DNA from: Geobacteraceae bacterium | GTDB lineage: Bacteria > Desulfobacterota > Desulfuromonadia > Geobacterales > Pseudopelobacteraceae | Length of the DNA: 64,000 nucleotides | Assembly (NCBI GenBank): GCA_043743795.1 | Contig: JAYTVV010000020.1 | Coordinates: forward strand, 2,606-66,605 | Direction of reading: 5' to 3' | Part shown: piece by piece, positions 18,001 to 26,376 of the stretch | Layout: the number at the start of each line of letters is the position of its first letter | How positions within the stretch are numbered: the first letter of the stretch is position 1 | Position numbers and translations under genes: made by a program | Notes under the pieces: generated by a model | Told to the model about the DNA's origin: nothing | Databases searched by the model: none | Seen by the model: the letters and a program-made list of their open reading frames with translations, nothing else

Positions 18001-20172
18001 CTGGCTGAACTTCCGGCCATAGGCGGCCTCGGCGACACCGGTATCAAAATGAATATCGCCAACAGGTGAAACCTTGATTGTGGCACCGTTCTTCAGCGCC
18101 ACATGATAGCCGTCTTCTGTCTGGCTGATGGTCTGACCGGGAAAAGCGTTTTCTACTGTCTGGCGCTGTATCTCCGGGGTGTTCTGTTCAGATCGGGCGG
18201 TTTCTCTGAACAGCTGCAAGCTGATTGGTAAATATGATTTGGTTGGTGATACGGTACCATTTTCCGTGATGCGCTTTACGACAAGTCCTGGATTGCCGGA
18301 GGCGTCCTTGTCCCTGCCGACGTACTCATATCGTAAACCATTAGCGCCGTTAATAATGACTTCACCTTTATTGATTTGCGGTATGTGTGCTTCGGCAATC
18401 TGTGCCGGTGGCAATGGCGCTGCCTGTTGCGGTGGTGCGGTGCTGGCTATGGTGTCGGCTACTGCCTGAACGGGTAAAGTGTCGGTTGCTGCCGGACTGT
18501 GATACTCAACGTGATAATTGCCGTTGTCTTCAGTGGGTGGCAAGATCCGCAAGTTTCCCTTGTCAGTCCGGACATGGTACGCGCCTTCCTGATCTTGTAA
18601 CACAAGCCCCTGCTCTGCCGCTGGTTGCAAATATTTAGCGACGGCGTAGTCGAGTCTGGGTTTGTGTGGTCTGTCCCATACCTGAACTGCTTGACCGCGT
18701 TCCTGCCCCATTTTGATAAAGGCTTGGAGCGTGCCGTGCAGGCTGCTGGTGGGGATGATTGCGGGTTGTGCCGGTGGATCTATGGCGGCACTCTCTGTCA
18801 AGCTGCCTGTCTGCGGTGAAAACATCGTCGCGCCCCGGGGTTCTTGCCGTGACGTGAAATCAGTTGGTTCCGGTGTCGCTTGATCAACCGGCGCAGCTGT
18901 ATTCAGCATGTCGGTTGCGCCCTCTGACAAAACTGGTTGCGGCATTGTGGTTGCCGCTGCCGGTATTCCTGATGAAACTGCTCTTGTCAGTGCCCCTTCC
19001 GGAATGTTTTGCTGTTCGTCCAGAGCCCGTGGTGTCAAAGGGTTCAGCACATTATCGTCAAGCGTCATGCCGTATGGGGCACTGCCGGTGTCCTGGTCGC
19101 CGTGGATGGCGTCAAAAGCATGGGCAGCGAAGTTGTCGGCTGCAACAGGGCTGCTCTTGGCGAGTTCGTCATAGACGATCTCGGCGGCGTTGCTGCGTAG
19201 TTCGGGTGCGATGGCCGGATTTTGCAAGGCGCTGGTGATGGCGTTCATCTTCACGGCGTGGGATGCGTGCGCCGGAATGCCGAACGGCAACAACAGGGCG
19301 CTCATTCCCAGGGTGGGGGCAATGGCATCCTGTGCCGCTTGCCATGGTGTTTGCCGGTCATAGCCGTAGTGCTGTTCAACGGCAGCTTCTCCGGCTCCCT
19401 GCCCCATTTCGGTCAAGGTCTCGGCTCCGGCGGTTTCCAGGGCGTTACCGGCAAAGCGGCCTATGGTTCCGGGGTTGGTGAATGATTTCAGGGTGGCTTG
19501 TGCCGCTGTCTGCTCCCCTTTGTTCAATAGCTTTCCGATGGCGCTTTTAGCCATGCCGCCGCCAATCCCCATAAAGCGCCCAGCCAGCGCTCCGCCTGCG
19601 GTTTCGCCGCCCCATTCGATAGCGCCGGTTATACGGCCCGCCTTCTGGGCTTCGATAACGCGCGGATCATCCGGCAGGGTGGCGGCTTGTTCCGGGGTGA
19701 GACCATGTCTGGCAAGGCCCTTCTCGTATGTTTCCTGTGCCTGGGCAAGGCCAGCCGGGGCAGCGGCAAGGGCACTGCCGCCAATAAGCGCCACCCCTGC
19801 CGGTGCACCGACTCCGGATAGCAGCAACCCCGCGCCAACTGCTGGCGCTACGCTCTGCGGGATCATGCGGGCACCTTTGGCGAGTGCACCGGTGATAGTG
19901 CCGTCAGACGCGGCGGATGGCTGCATTTCCGGCAGGGTTGCAATGGCGGCGGCATCTTCCGCCAAACCTTTGCCGGTTTCGTATACAGGTTGGCCGGGAG
20001 CGCTGACGTACTGCATGGCTTTGCCTGCCATGCGTGGAAAGTCGGAAAATGCTCCGGCTTTCAGCTGGCTCCAGATTTCACCAAGGGTGGAACGCTTTTC
20101 TGGAAGGACTTCAGGTGGCGAAACTGTCCTACTCATGTTTTTATCAATTTCTGTATAGAAGTCGGCGGACAT
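15061..20172 (-). CDS. Giant ORFan protein (1703 aa) with Gly/Ala-rich hydrophobic N-terminal third, one HExxH motif and C-terminal hydrophobic segments
   Basis: Uninterrupted 5.1-kb ORF. GGGAGGA RBS before ATG 20172. HETFH at aa 753-757 (nt 17902-17916). I saw no Walker A or other NTPase motif. Confidence 0.8.
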   Translation of the reverse strand: MSADFYTEIDKNMSRTVSPPEVLPEKRSTLGEIWSQLKAGAFSDFPRMAGKAMQYVSAPGQPVYETGKGLAEDAAAIATLPEMQPSAASDGTITGALAKGARMIPQSVAPAVGAGLLLSGVGAPAGVALIGGSALAAAPAGLAQAQETYEKGLARHGLTPEQAATLPDDPRVIEAQKAGRITGAIEWGGETAGGALAGRFMGIGGGMAKSAIGKLLNKGEQTAAQATLKSFTNPGTIGRFAGNALETAGAETLTEMGQGAGEAAVEQHYGYDRQTPWQAAQDAIAPTLGMSALLLPFGIPAHASHAVKMNAITSALQNPAIAPELRSNAAEIVYDELAKSSPVAADNFAAHAFDAIHGDQDTGSAPYGMTLDDNVLNPLTPRALDEQQNIPEGALTRAVSSGIPAAATTMPQPVLSEGATDMLNTAAPVDQATPEPTDFTSRQEPRGATMFSPQTGSLTESAAIDPPAQPAIIPTSSLHGTLQAFIKMGQERGQAVQVWDRPHKPRLDYAVAKYLQPAAEQGLVLQDQEGAYHVRTDKGNLRILPPTEDNGNYHVEYHSPAATDTLPVQAVADTIASTAPPQQAAPLPPAQIAEAHIPQINKGEVIINGANGLRYEYVGRDKDASGNPGLVVKRITENGTVSPTKSYLPISLQLFRETARSEQNTPEIQRQTVENAFPGQTISQTEDGYHVALKNGATIKVSPVGDIHFDTGVAEAAYGRKFSQHEKPVAEFRKLEHGAVIALTEQGTGQIHHETFHAAMAMALNGKQRAIIMTKFGTEEAAEAEYQRLRDNGAFERKRQHHLFLQTVYNFFAKIRTMLDPTREIMKDVASGKAWETTANTTDVTPTVKYSMADIRRNTENVAGHLNRIGDKSTFVKSDIKPALKTAGEGMAAAWDGIKAATAPMTRSAAAEEAGRILIEGMGRQEHGKEKFITGLNKATMQAGMTTTKTSRILDLMQSSVTLADKVFNRMAEADRIAFMQNLDIGQQQATPELQNIADTIKAMFEQKTRTIQDMGTGALENVRENYFPHIWKKGEDVAKEINTRLSKRPLEGSKAFSKARVFDDIMTGIDAGFELVSTNPIDLVMLKMGEMDKYINAHLALQAMENSGLVELVPAGDKMPDGYGDISGKYGLVTKRAHQDANSGQPGELKSFRYIAREDVAQVFNNYLSQNLYTNKYVGKPFSAYMKAANTLNQFQLGVFSAFHAGFTSLEAVVSHGALGIKALVRGDFSEAGKYFKHAPAAWYLNPKLGDKVLKAWMGDEAAAKEMPQVIEWLTMAGARRIMDSRFQTTTTQNMLQAWSDGNKIGAGARLIPSIVEQSARPIMEWLVPRQKLGVFTEMAHDWSNRHPNASHGETRAAMQQAWNRIDSRLGQVVYDRLFIHSVAKNLTQALIRAPGWTGGTILEVGGGLKDLITFTKDTASGKKPELSDRSAYTLSLLITTALANVLLTAMFTGEPPDDWKDLLAFRTGRKDEKGNPERFMLPTYAKDVYAYAMKPGTTLLHKSHPMISLVGDLIRNKDYYGVEIRHEGDNPIMQLAQAGKFTAKAFVPFWMKGAAKDLERGGNILTMTAPLIGIMPAPAALNQSKAEQLAGELVRDRMPQGTKTAEEFERSQLVQHLSGLARRDPQQARQEMQEALKERKITPLQARHVFTNTRLAPIQITFKRLSYDEAQRVYEVATNEEKKGLRMMLAQKRFRHIQAGG

Positions 20173-20273
20173 ATCATTGTCCTCCCGGTTGTGTGATGCT
20201 CTCGGTCGTCACTGGCCTCGGCTTTACCATGGCATGCTCCTTTTGAGTGATTTGTTTGTTATTTCCCGACAAG

Positions 20274-21311
20274 TTATCCATTTGCGACACCAATAAGTAT
20301 TTGTGATACAGAACTTGCCATTGATGACGCGCCTGAAACGGCGGCGGAAGCTGCGGCAATTTTGTTATGTGCATTGGCGGCGGCTGTCTCTACAGCTTTT
20401 CCCACGTCTGCGATATGTTGGTTTACTGCGGTCGTAAAATGACTTGCACTCAAGTGGTCTTTTGATTCCTGTATACTGGCATTTCCTTTCGTAATATCCA
20501 TGCGTAAAGCGAACTCCTTGATTTTCTGATTCGCTTTTTCGACTTCGGTAGAAACTTTTGAACGGTATTCTTCCAGGATTACTTTTGTAGATGTGTCAAA
20601 TACCTGGATAAGGGAGTTTGCATACCGCATGTTGAAATCAACATCCGCATTGTGCGCTGCCATTTGTTGTTGGATTGAAAATTGGTAGTTGTCTTTTGCC
20701 CACTCAAATATTAACTTTACCAAGTCCCGTGACACCTGAGAAAGTTCAAACATATATTGCTGTTGAGCAGATAGTTTTAGTGCGGTGGTCATGGAGTTGG
20801 GATAAGTAAAACCTCGTGCTCCGGTGGTAGAATGAGCGGCGCTTATTGAGTCACGTAATGTCTGTTGTTTTCGCTCTCGATCTGCGGCATAGAGTGCGAT
20901 TTGTAATTTATCCGTTTCGTTGGTTAGCTTGGAAATCACCCTTGAAACATCATCATTAGATGTTATGTTGCTGGTGAAGTTCGTCAGCAGCGTTTTTAAA
21001 TTAGTCCAGGAGCCCTCACTCCAGTTTGGTGTGGTGCAGTCGTTAAGTATTGGCACGCTTGGCATGTTTGTTGGTAGAGATATGCTCGCAAGTGAAGTAT
21101 CAAATGATTCCAGGGCTGTTTTTATAGTAGAATCGGTTTCAGGGAATCCGGTATACACTCCCAGGACAGGGGTGTTTATTGCTGACCAATTAACAGCCGA
21201 CCAGTCATTAACTGAATTATTCAGCAATGTAATTGACGTTTCTGCCTTGTCCTTCATGGAGGTTATGACGCTATTTATTATCGTTTGCATCGAGTCTGTA
21301 GTTGCGGCCAT
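20274..21311 (-). CDS. Hypothetical protein (345 aa), Ser/Thr/Asn-rich N-half, helical Ala-rich C-terminus
   Basis: ORF in a visibly AT-richer segment (hand-counted sample lines give 37-52% GC, against ~57% in the giant gene). No recognisable motif. Confidence 0.6.
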   Translation of the reverse strand: MAATTDSMQTIINSVITSMKDKAETSITLLNNSVNDWSAVNWSAINTPVLGVYTGFPETDSTIKTALESFDTSLASISLPTNMPSVPILNDCTTPNWSEGSWTNLKTLLTNFTSNITSNDDVSRVISKLTNETDKLQIALYAADRERKQQTLRDSISAAHSTTGARGFTYPNSMTTALKLSAQQQYMFELSQVSRDLVKLIFEWAKDNYQFSIQQQMAAHNADVDFNMRYANSLIQVFDTSTKVILEEYRSKVSTEVEKANQKIKEFALRMDITKGNASIQESKDHLSASHFTTAVNQHIADVGKAVETAAANAHNKIAAASAAVSGASSMASSVSQILIGVANG

Positions 21312-21347
21312 TAGTTTTGCACCTCTCTTGGTGTTTGCTTATGATAA

Positions 21348-21536
21348 CTATTTAATTTGATGCTTGAATATTGTCATTAACTTGTCGGAAAGGTTGTCAG
21401 CTTTTTGCAGATGCTCTCGGGCTGCAAAAAAATCTTGGGTTTGTATGGCTTCAGCGGCCTTTACGGATGCTTCTGCATAATCACTTGCAATTTGGGTTGC
21501 TTCTTCAATTGATTGCTTTATTTCTGAATCAGTCAT
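21348..21536 (-). CDS. Hypothetical small helical protein (62 aa)
   Basis: ORF only. Same strand and operon context. Confidence 0.45.
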   Translation of the reverse strand: MTDSEIKQSIEEATQIASDYAEASVKAAEAIQTQDFFAAREHLQKADNLSDKLMTIFKHQIK

Positions 21537-21581
21537 GACGGTATCTCCTGTATTTGTGGTTTATGTGTTGGCCTGGGGTGA

Positions 21582-22169
21582 TTACGGATGCATTTCTTTT
21601 GGTTGAATGATGTTTTCAATAGTCACGTCAAGGTTGTACAGCGCCAGCCCCTTGCTTGCGCAATACTCGGCAAAGGTCGGGGAGTCTGGCTGATAGTGAT
21701 AGCCCTTGTTGTCAAACTCGTAATGGAGTCTATCCAGTTGATCTACGTCCTGGCGGTGCCAGTGTTCCTGCGTGTTGCGTAACAACGCCCAGTCGGCAGG
21801 TGTCCGTGAGTGGGTTTCCATACATCGGTTGTAAAGCTTTCGGAATAACCGCTCCCGGTCAACTGCGGCTTGGTCTCCCATCTCTTTGGTTATCTGCCCT
21901 GATATTGTTGTTCTCCGTGTTTCAATAATGCCGATTGCCTCCCGATACGGATCTTTGCTGAGCACCCGCAACTGGCCGATTTCCTGCTGTGCCGCTTCCA
22001 GTTTGCTTATGTCGGCCTCTCCTAATGCAACGGTGGCAATCAAGCCGGGTAAAGAGGCCTCCAGTTCTTCCAGTCGGTTGATAGCGGTTTGATATTGGTT
22101 GCTGATACGATTGATAGCTGTAAATAAGCGACTTTGTTCTGTGGTCAGTTGTTCAATATGCGGTGTCAT
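21582..22169 (-). CDS. Hypothetical protein (195 aa)
   Basis: ORF only. Predicted coiled-coil N-half. Confidence 0.55.
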   Translation of the reverse strand: MTPHIEQLTTEQSRLFTAINRISNQYQTAINRLEELEASLPGLIATVALGEADISKLEAAQQEIGQLRVLSKDPYREAIGIIETRRTTISGQITKEMGDQAAVDRERLFRKLYNRCMETHSRTPADWALLRNTQEHWHRQDVDQLDRLHYEFDNKGYHYQPDSPTFAEYCASKGLALYNLDVTIENIIQPKEMHP

Positions 22170-22186
22170 TGGTAGTATCTCCTTTG

Positions 22187-22501
22187 TTAGTGGGTTGCTG
22201 TAGATTTCGTTGAAGTCAGGTAACTGTTAATCGGTGGCGCTGGTGTTGAACCAAGAGAGCCTTTGAAATAGCGCCACTCAACGGGGGGCGGCTCTTTTGA
22301 TTCGCCCTGATCGCTTGTGCCATTACCCTCTGCGGAGATGCTTTCGCCTGGCTCCATCATCGTGTCCACTCCTTCACGGATCGAAGTTGCGGCATCCTCC
22401 AGCATGTCAGCAATTGCCTCTGGGTGGGTTTGCGGGTGTACCTCAATTTGCATCACCAGACCGCCGTTAATTTTCAGTTCAAATTTTGCTTCAAGACTCA
22501 T
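22187..22501 (-). CDS. Hypothetical acidic protein (104 aa)
   Basis: ORF 22187..22540 trimmed to MSLEAKFEL. Its ATG overlaps the stop of the upstream gene (ATGA at 22498-22501). Confidence 0.5.
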   Translation of the reverse strand: MSLEAKFELKINGGLVMQIEVHPQTHPEAIADMLEDAATSIREGVDTMMEPGESISAEGNGTSDQGESKEPPPVEWRYFKGSLGSTPAPPINSYLTSTKSTATH

Positions 22502-22719
22502 AGGGTTTTCTCCTTTTTCCAGGTAATCACGCACTTGCAATCCAACGTGTCAAAAATGTTTTGTAATTTTTCTATAATGTCTTCCATGATCCAGCAGGTG
22601 CCGTTAATAAAGTCATTGCCTTCTACACAAAATGATTCCAGTGCTGTTGCTAATGTTTCCAGCTTGATTATCTGCTTCTGCATCTCGTGCGGAAGATCTT
22701 CTAATGGGATTGTGGTCAT
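22498..22719 (-). CDS. Hypothetical protein (73 aa)
   Basis: ORF only. Tightly packed in the operon. Confidence 0.45.
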   Translation of the reverse strand: MTTIPLEDLPHEMQKQIIKLETLATALESFCVEGNDFINGTCWIMEDIIEKLQNIFDTLDCKCVITWKKEKTL

Positions 22720-22721
22720 AG

Positions 22722-22958
22722 CTACATCGCCTCCTGGATTAGTCGGATACGCGGGATAATGGATTCCATAATCCGGAGTGATCCATAAAAAATTTCTGAA
22801 TGTTTGGGCTCAAGGTTTGCCGTTTCGGCGATACTGTCAAGGGCGTGAAAAACCGCAGCCAGCTTGGTGAACTCAATCTGAAGCTCGGTAGCTGGATCAG
22901 GCACGTAATTAGGTGATTCCATGTAGTCGTTGCGCTTGGGCAAGGTTGCTTTAGCCAT
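22722..22958 (-). CDS. Hypothetical protein (78 aa); a diverged partial copy lies at 12673-12830
   Basis: Conservation of its 3' half in the decayed sibling element (about 80% nt identity) argues that it is a real gene. Confidence 0.55.
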   Translation of the reverse strand: MAKATLPKRNDYMESPNYVPDPATELQIEFTKLAAVFHALDSIAETANLEPKHSEIFYGSLRIMESIIPRIRLIQEAM

Positions 22959-23031
22959 GGCCGTTTCTCCTTTCGTTGGTGGTTAAAAATCAATGCTGCC
23001 ACTTCTGCGAGCGGTGGGCGGGTCTGGACGT

Positions 23032-23364
23032 TTACTGTTGTGCATTAAACGTCTGTGTCATCTGGTGAAACGTAGCTCTGGCACGGGCTATATCGCCGTT
23101 TCGGAATGCGGTGATATGTTCCTGCCACAACTCCGGGTGATGCTTCTTAATCCAGTTCCAGCAATCTCCTTTCGGGTCTTTATCCGATATCTCCCGGCAG
23201 AGTGTCCGATACTCGTCTGCATCGGCTGTGATTGCTATGGCGTAACCGGCGGCAATCATCTTCTGAGCCTTTTCAGGCGGCAGGGTGATCGTCTCCCCTG
23301 CCTTCAGAGTTCTGACCTCGCCATTCAGGCGGACGCTACATGGTTTGGCAATCCGGATCGTCAC
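23032..23364 (-). CDS. Hypothetical protein (110 aa)
   Basis: Start overlaps the primase-helicase stop by 4 nt. Confidence 0.5.
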   Translation of the reverse strand: MTIRIAKPCSVRLNGEVRTLKAGETITLPPEKAQKMIAAGYAIAITADADEYRTLCREISDKDPKGDCWNWIKKHHPELWQEHITAFRNGDIARARATFHQMTQTFNAQQ

Positions 23365-25292
23365 GCCGCTACCTCCTCATCAAGGTCAATGTAATTGGTT
23401 TCGGCCATGTGTCCGGTTGTGCTGCCGCCTGCCTGATCGAGGATGCAGTATTCGTGTGGCTTCGAGTCGTGTCGGGAATGGTATTGAAGGCTCCACTTGT
23501 GGAAGAACAAAGCAATCTTGCCCTCTTCGTTGCGGTCGTCACGGGACTTGAAACAGGTCAACAGGGCGTCCGGCATAGCTTCAATTTCTGCCCGTGTCAG
23601 CTTTGTGGGCTCCCCGGCTTCGATCTTTGCCAAGTCAAGTTCCTTGATCTTGTTCCGCCAGATCGACCAGCCGTTAGAGGCAAGGTCGGTAATATCTCCG
23701 GTGCCTTTGGTGTCCATCTTGCCGGGTGGTGATAGTTCGTCCTGACCTTTGCGGGAATGCGCAACCAGGTGAATGTGTGCGCCGGTTTCGTTGGCGAAGT
23801 CGTTTAGTTCATCCAAAAACTTTTTCTGCTGGGTGTAATCATCGGTGGCAATGCCGCACTTCATCAGCGAATCAATCACGAACTGCTGCACACCGTAGCG
23901 TCGGTAGGCATAGCGGAATACTTCCAAAATCCGGGTCGGGCTGGATGTTCCCAGCCGGTCGAAAATCCAGAGCTTACCGACAAGCCAGTCTAATGTGGCA
24001 GTGATTTCGGTTTGCTCGGGGAGCTCTTTACCAAGTGCCTGCCGTACCATACGGAACAGGGTCTTGCGTGGGTGGATTTCGAATGAAGCGATACAGACAC
24101 GTTCCCCCTGTGCCATGGCAACCAGCGTTACCAGCAGTAACACCAGGCTTTTGCCGTGGCCGTTGTATCCCGTCCAGATTGAAACCTCACCGCGCAGAAC
24201 CTTGACCAGACGCTTCCGCATTTTCCACGGCAAGGTAAAGCCTGGCAGCTCGCCTGATGGCGGATAGAATTCATCGAGAACAGCCTGACTGAATTCGGTT
24301 GGCGCTTTCAGTTCGGAAGGGTCGTGTGACTTGGCGGCGGATATCAGTTTTTCGACGTCAGCAGCCGTCACGCCGTGCTGCTTGCACTCGTTGATGTCCT
24401 TGAAGGGTAGCGTGACAACGCGGCAGCGGTGCCGCCCCAAGCGGTTGATAATTTCTTCGGTTGCCTTCTGCCCTTCTTCGTCCTGGTCGAGACTCAAGAA
24501 GATTTCTTCAAAGCGGTCGAGGTGTGGAAACTCGGAATCAATCCACTGCTGCTTTGCGCCGGTTCCGCCGCCGAATGGCACGGAAAGTGCCGGAAAACCA
24601 TAACTGTGATAAGTGATGGCATCTATCTCACCTTCAGTCAGAATAACGCTGCGGGAGGTGTCTGGAATCGCCTGCCAGCCGAAAAGGATTGCTTCACAGT
24701 TTGGCTCAACCAGGGTGAACTTTTTGCCGTCTTTGCGCTTGATGTGGAGATATTTCACGGCAACCAGAACCGTGCCTCGGAATGATGGGAATAGAATGAA
24801 GGCGCCTTTGATGGCGTTTTGTGATTTCCAACCGGGGTAAGGGCCGATTTCGGCAATCTCGCCGATGCGATAGGCCGCCAACGACTCCGGTGTTAAACTC
24901 CGGTCAAGCAGGTATTGCTGCACCGCCCCGCCGTCAATCAGCTTCTTGGCGGCTTTCGGTGGTACCGGCTTGCGGAAACTCTTGTCAGAAAACTTCTCGA
25001 ACTTGGGCTCCTGAATGCCCAAGTACTTCTTGGCCTCTGTTATGGCTTCGGCTACCATGATGCCTTTTGCAAGCTGCCAAAGGTCGAGAAGGTCGCCGCT
25101 TTCCTCTCCGGCAAAATCTGCAAATTTGCCGCGCTTGCTGCCCTCAAGACAGACCTTGCATGACCGGCCAGCTTCACCGTTGACGCTCCCTGCAATCCAT
25201 TCGCGGCCTTCGCGCTTGCCGCCTGGCAAAAGCATGGCAGCAACATCTTCGGCGCGGTCGTTCAGTAGTTGGATGATTTCACGGATTTCCAT
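23361..25292 (-). CDS. Bifunctional primase-helicase (Toprim domain + DnaB/RecA-like ATPase)
   Basis: ORF 23361..25376 trimmed to MEIREIIQLL (ATG 25292). Toprim segment VILTEGEIDAITYH..SLDQDEEG. Walker A GYNGHGKS. Walker B-like FVIDSLMKC. Confidence 0.85.
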   Translation of the reverse strand: MEIREIIQLLNDRAEDVAAMLLPGGKREGREWIAGSVNGEAGRSCKVCLEGSKRGKFADFAGEESGDLLDLWQLAKGIMVAEAITEAKKYLGIQEPKFEKFSDKSFRKPVPPKAAKKLIDGGAVQQYLLDRSLTPESLAAYRIGEIAEIGPYPGWKSQNAIKGAFILFPSFRGTVLVAVKYLHIKRKDGKKFTLVEPNCEAILFGWQAIPDTSRSVILTEGEIDAITYHSYGFPALSVPFGGGTGAKQQWIDSEFPHLDRFEEIFLSLDQDEEGQKATEEIINRLGRHRCRVVTLPFKDINECKQHGVTAADVEKLISAAKSHDPSELKAPTEFSQAVLDEFYPPSGELPGFTLPWKMRKRLVKVLRGEVSIWTGYNGHGKSLVLLLVTLVAMAQGERVCIASFEIHPRKTLFRMVRQALGKELPEQTEITATLDWLVGKLWIFDRLGTSSPTRILEVFRYAYRRYGVQQFVIDSLMKCGIATDDYTQQKKFLDELNDFANETGAHIHLVAHSRKGQDELSPPGKMDTKGTGDITDLASNGWSIWRNKIKELDLAKIEAGEPTKLTRAEIEAMPDALLTCFKSRDDRNEEGKIALFFHKWSLQYHSRHDSKPHEYCILDQAGGSTTGHMAETNYIDLDEEVAA

Positions 25293-25294
25293 AG

Positions 25295-25969
25295 TTAAGC
25301 CCCTGCAAAGATGGCGTCGTAGCGGGTGTCGTTTGTGGCTGCTGCTGTCGGTGTTTGGTGCTCCCAGTCCAGCCAATTTTCAAACCAGCGATAACCGCTC
25401 TTTGGTTGCCTGTTGAATCCGTTTGCATGATCCCGCTTTAGTGTAGCAAGGTAGTTGTCCAGAGATGTTTTGACCCGTTGGCAGTCAGCTTCATTTTTCA
25501 CGGTGGCAGAGAAGTGTGCCTGCGCTTTCTTCTTACCGTCCTTTGCGGGATAAACTTTCCATAGCGTTTCAAAAAAATCCGACAATATATCTTCTCTCTT
25601 CTTATCTCTTATATATAGTCGTTCCGCCTCTGTTCCGTCTCTGTTCTGTCCATGTTCTATGGCTAATTGTAACTTACTGTTTTTGCGTTGCTTTGCTGTT
25701 CCGTCAATGTTCCGCTGTTGTTCCGCCTCTGTTCCACTGTTTTTGATAGGAATTGATAACGATTCATCGCTATCAATATTGAGTATTTCGGCAATAAATC
25801 TAATGACTTTGCCTGGAGACCATGACCATATTTTTGCATATTCACGCATTGAACGTTCCTTGAAATTGAACCGATCTACTTCGTACTGATAAGCTGCTTC
25901 CAGTCGAGTGAATGGTCGGTCTTTTGGTAGATCGTCTGTGAAGCAATGTGGTACTTTTGCAAACAACAT
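25295..25969 (-). CDS. Replication-associated protein (initiator/helper candidate) containing internal iterons
   Basis: 224 aa. Sits directly upstream of the primase-helicase. The central low-complexity linker (GTEAEQQRNIDGT...NRDGTEAERL) is encoded by the GTTCC repeat clusters. Confidence 0.55.
   Translation of the reverse strand: MLFAKVPHCFTDDLPKDRPFTRLEAAYQYEVDRFNFKERSMREYAKIWSWSPGKVIRFIAEILNIDSDESLSIPIKNSGTEAEQQRNIDGTAKQRKNSKLQLAIEHGQNRDGTEAERLYIRDKKREDILSDFFETLWKVYPAKDGKKKAQAHFSATVKNEADCQRVKTSLDNYLATLKRDHANGFNRQPKSGYRWFENWLDWEHQTPTAAATNDTRYDAIFAGA
25621..25735. repeat. Two clusters of four GTTC(C/T) repeats with ~11-bp phasing (iteron-like origin candidate)
   Basis: gttcc/gttct at 25621, 25632, 25643, 25654 and at 25698, 25710, 25720, 25731. 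The 16-mer gttccgcctctgttcc occurs twice. An AT-rich stretch lies at 25580-25620. Confidence 0.55.
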
Positions 25970-26376
25970 TCATGACCTGTGCAAGCTGAAATATTTTGGA
26001 GTAACTCAATGAAAAACCGGCGAAAAAAGACATACGTATTGATGAAATCTTCTGAATACCCTAACAAACCCTAACAGTTCTGGTATACAGGCTCTGCAAT
26101 TGTTGAATATAGTTAACAAATACTAACCATCCAGAGTAACATTTTAAAAAATTGGAGAAATTGAGAGAAGTATTTGGGCGTTTCTCTCTTCTTCATCGTA
26201 ATTTCTCTGGGTACAGCAACTTTTGAGATACCCGCGTTGCCGCCTCAAGCTCAATTGCGGCGGCTCTGACTTCCTCACGTGATCCGTTCTACTCTGCGCC
26301 GGTGAAGCTGATGACGGCATCCAGCAAGCGGCGGTGCGCCAGGTTTTTCGGGTATGCTTTAGCTGGCATGATGTTC

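Noticed and set aside
15228-20158. Many plus-strand ORFs (up to 231 aa) across 15.2-20.2 kb
   Set aside because: All are antisense to the single uninterrupted 1703-aa frame. They are Ala/Pro/Arg/Ser-rich and mutually overlapping, so they were treated as shadow ORFs.
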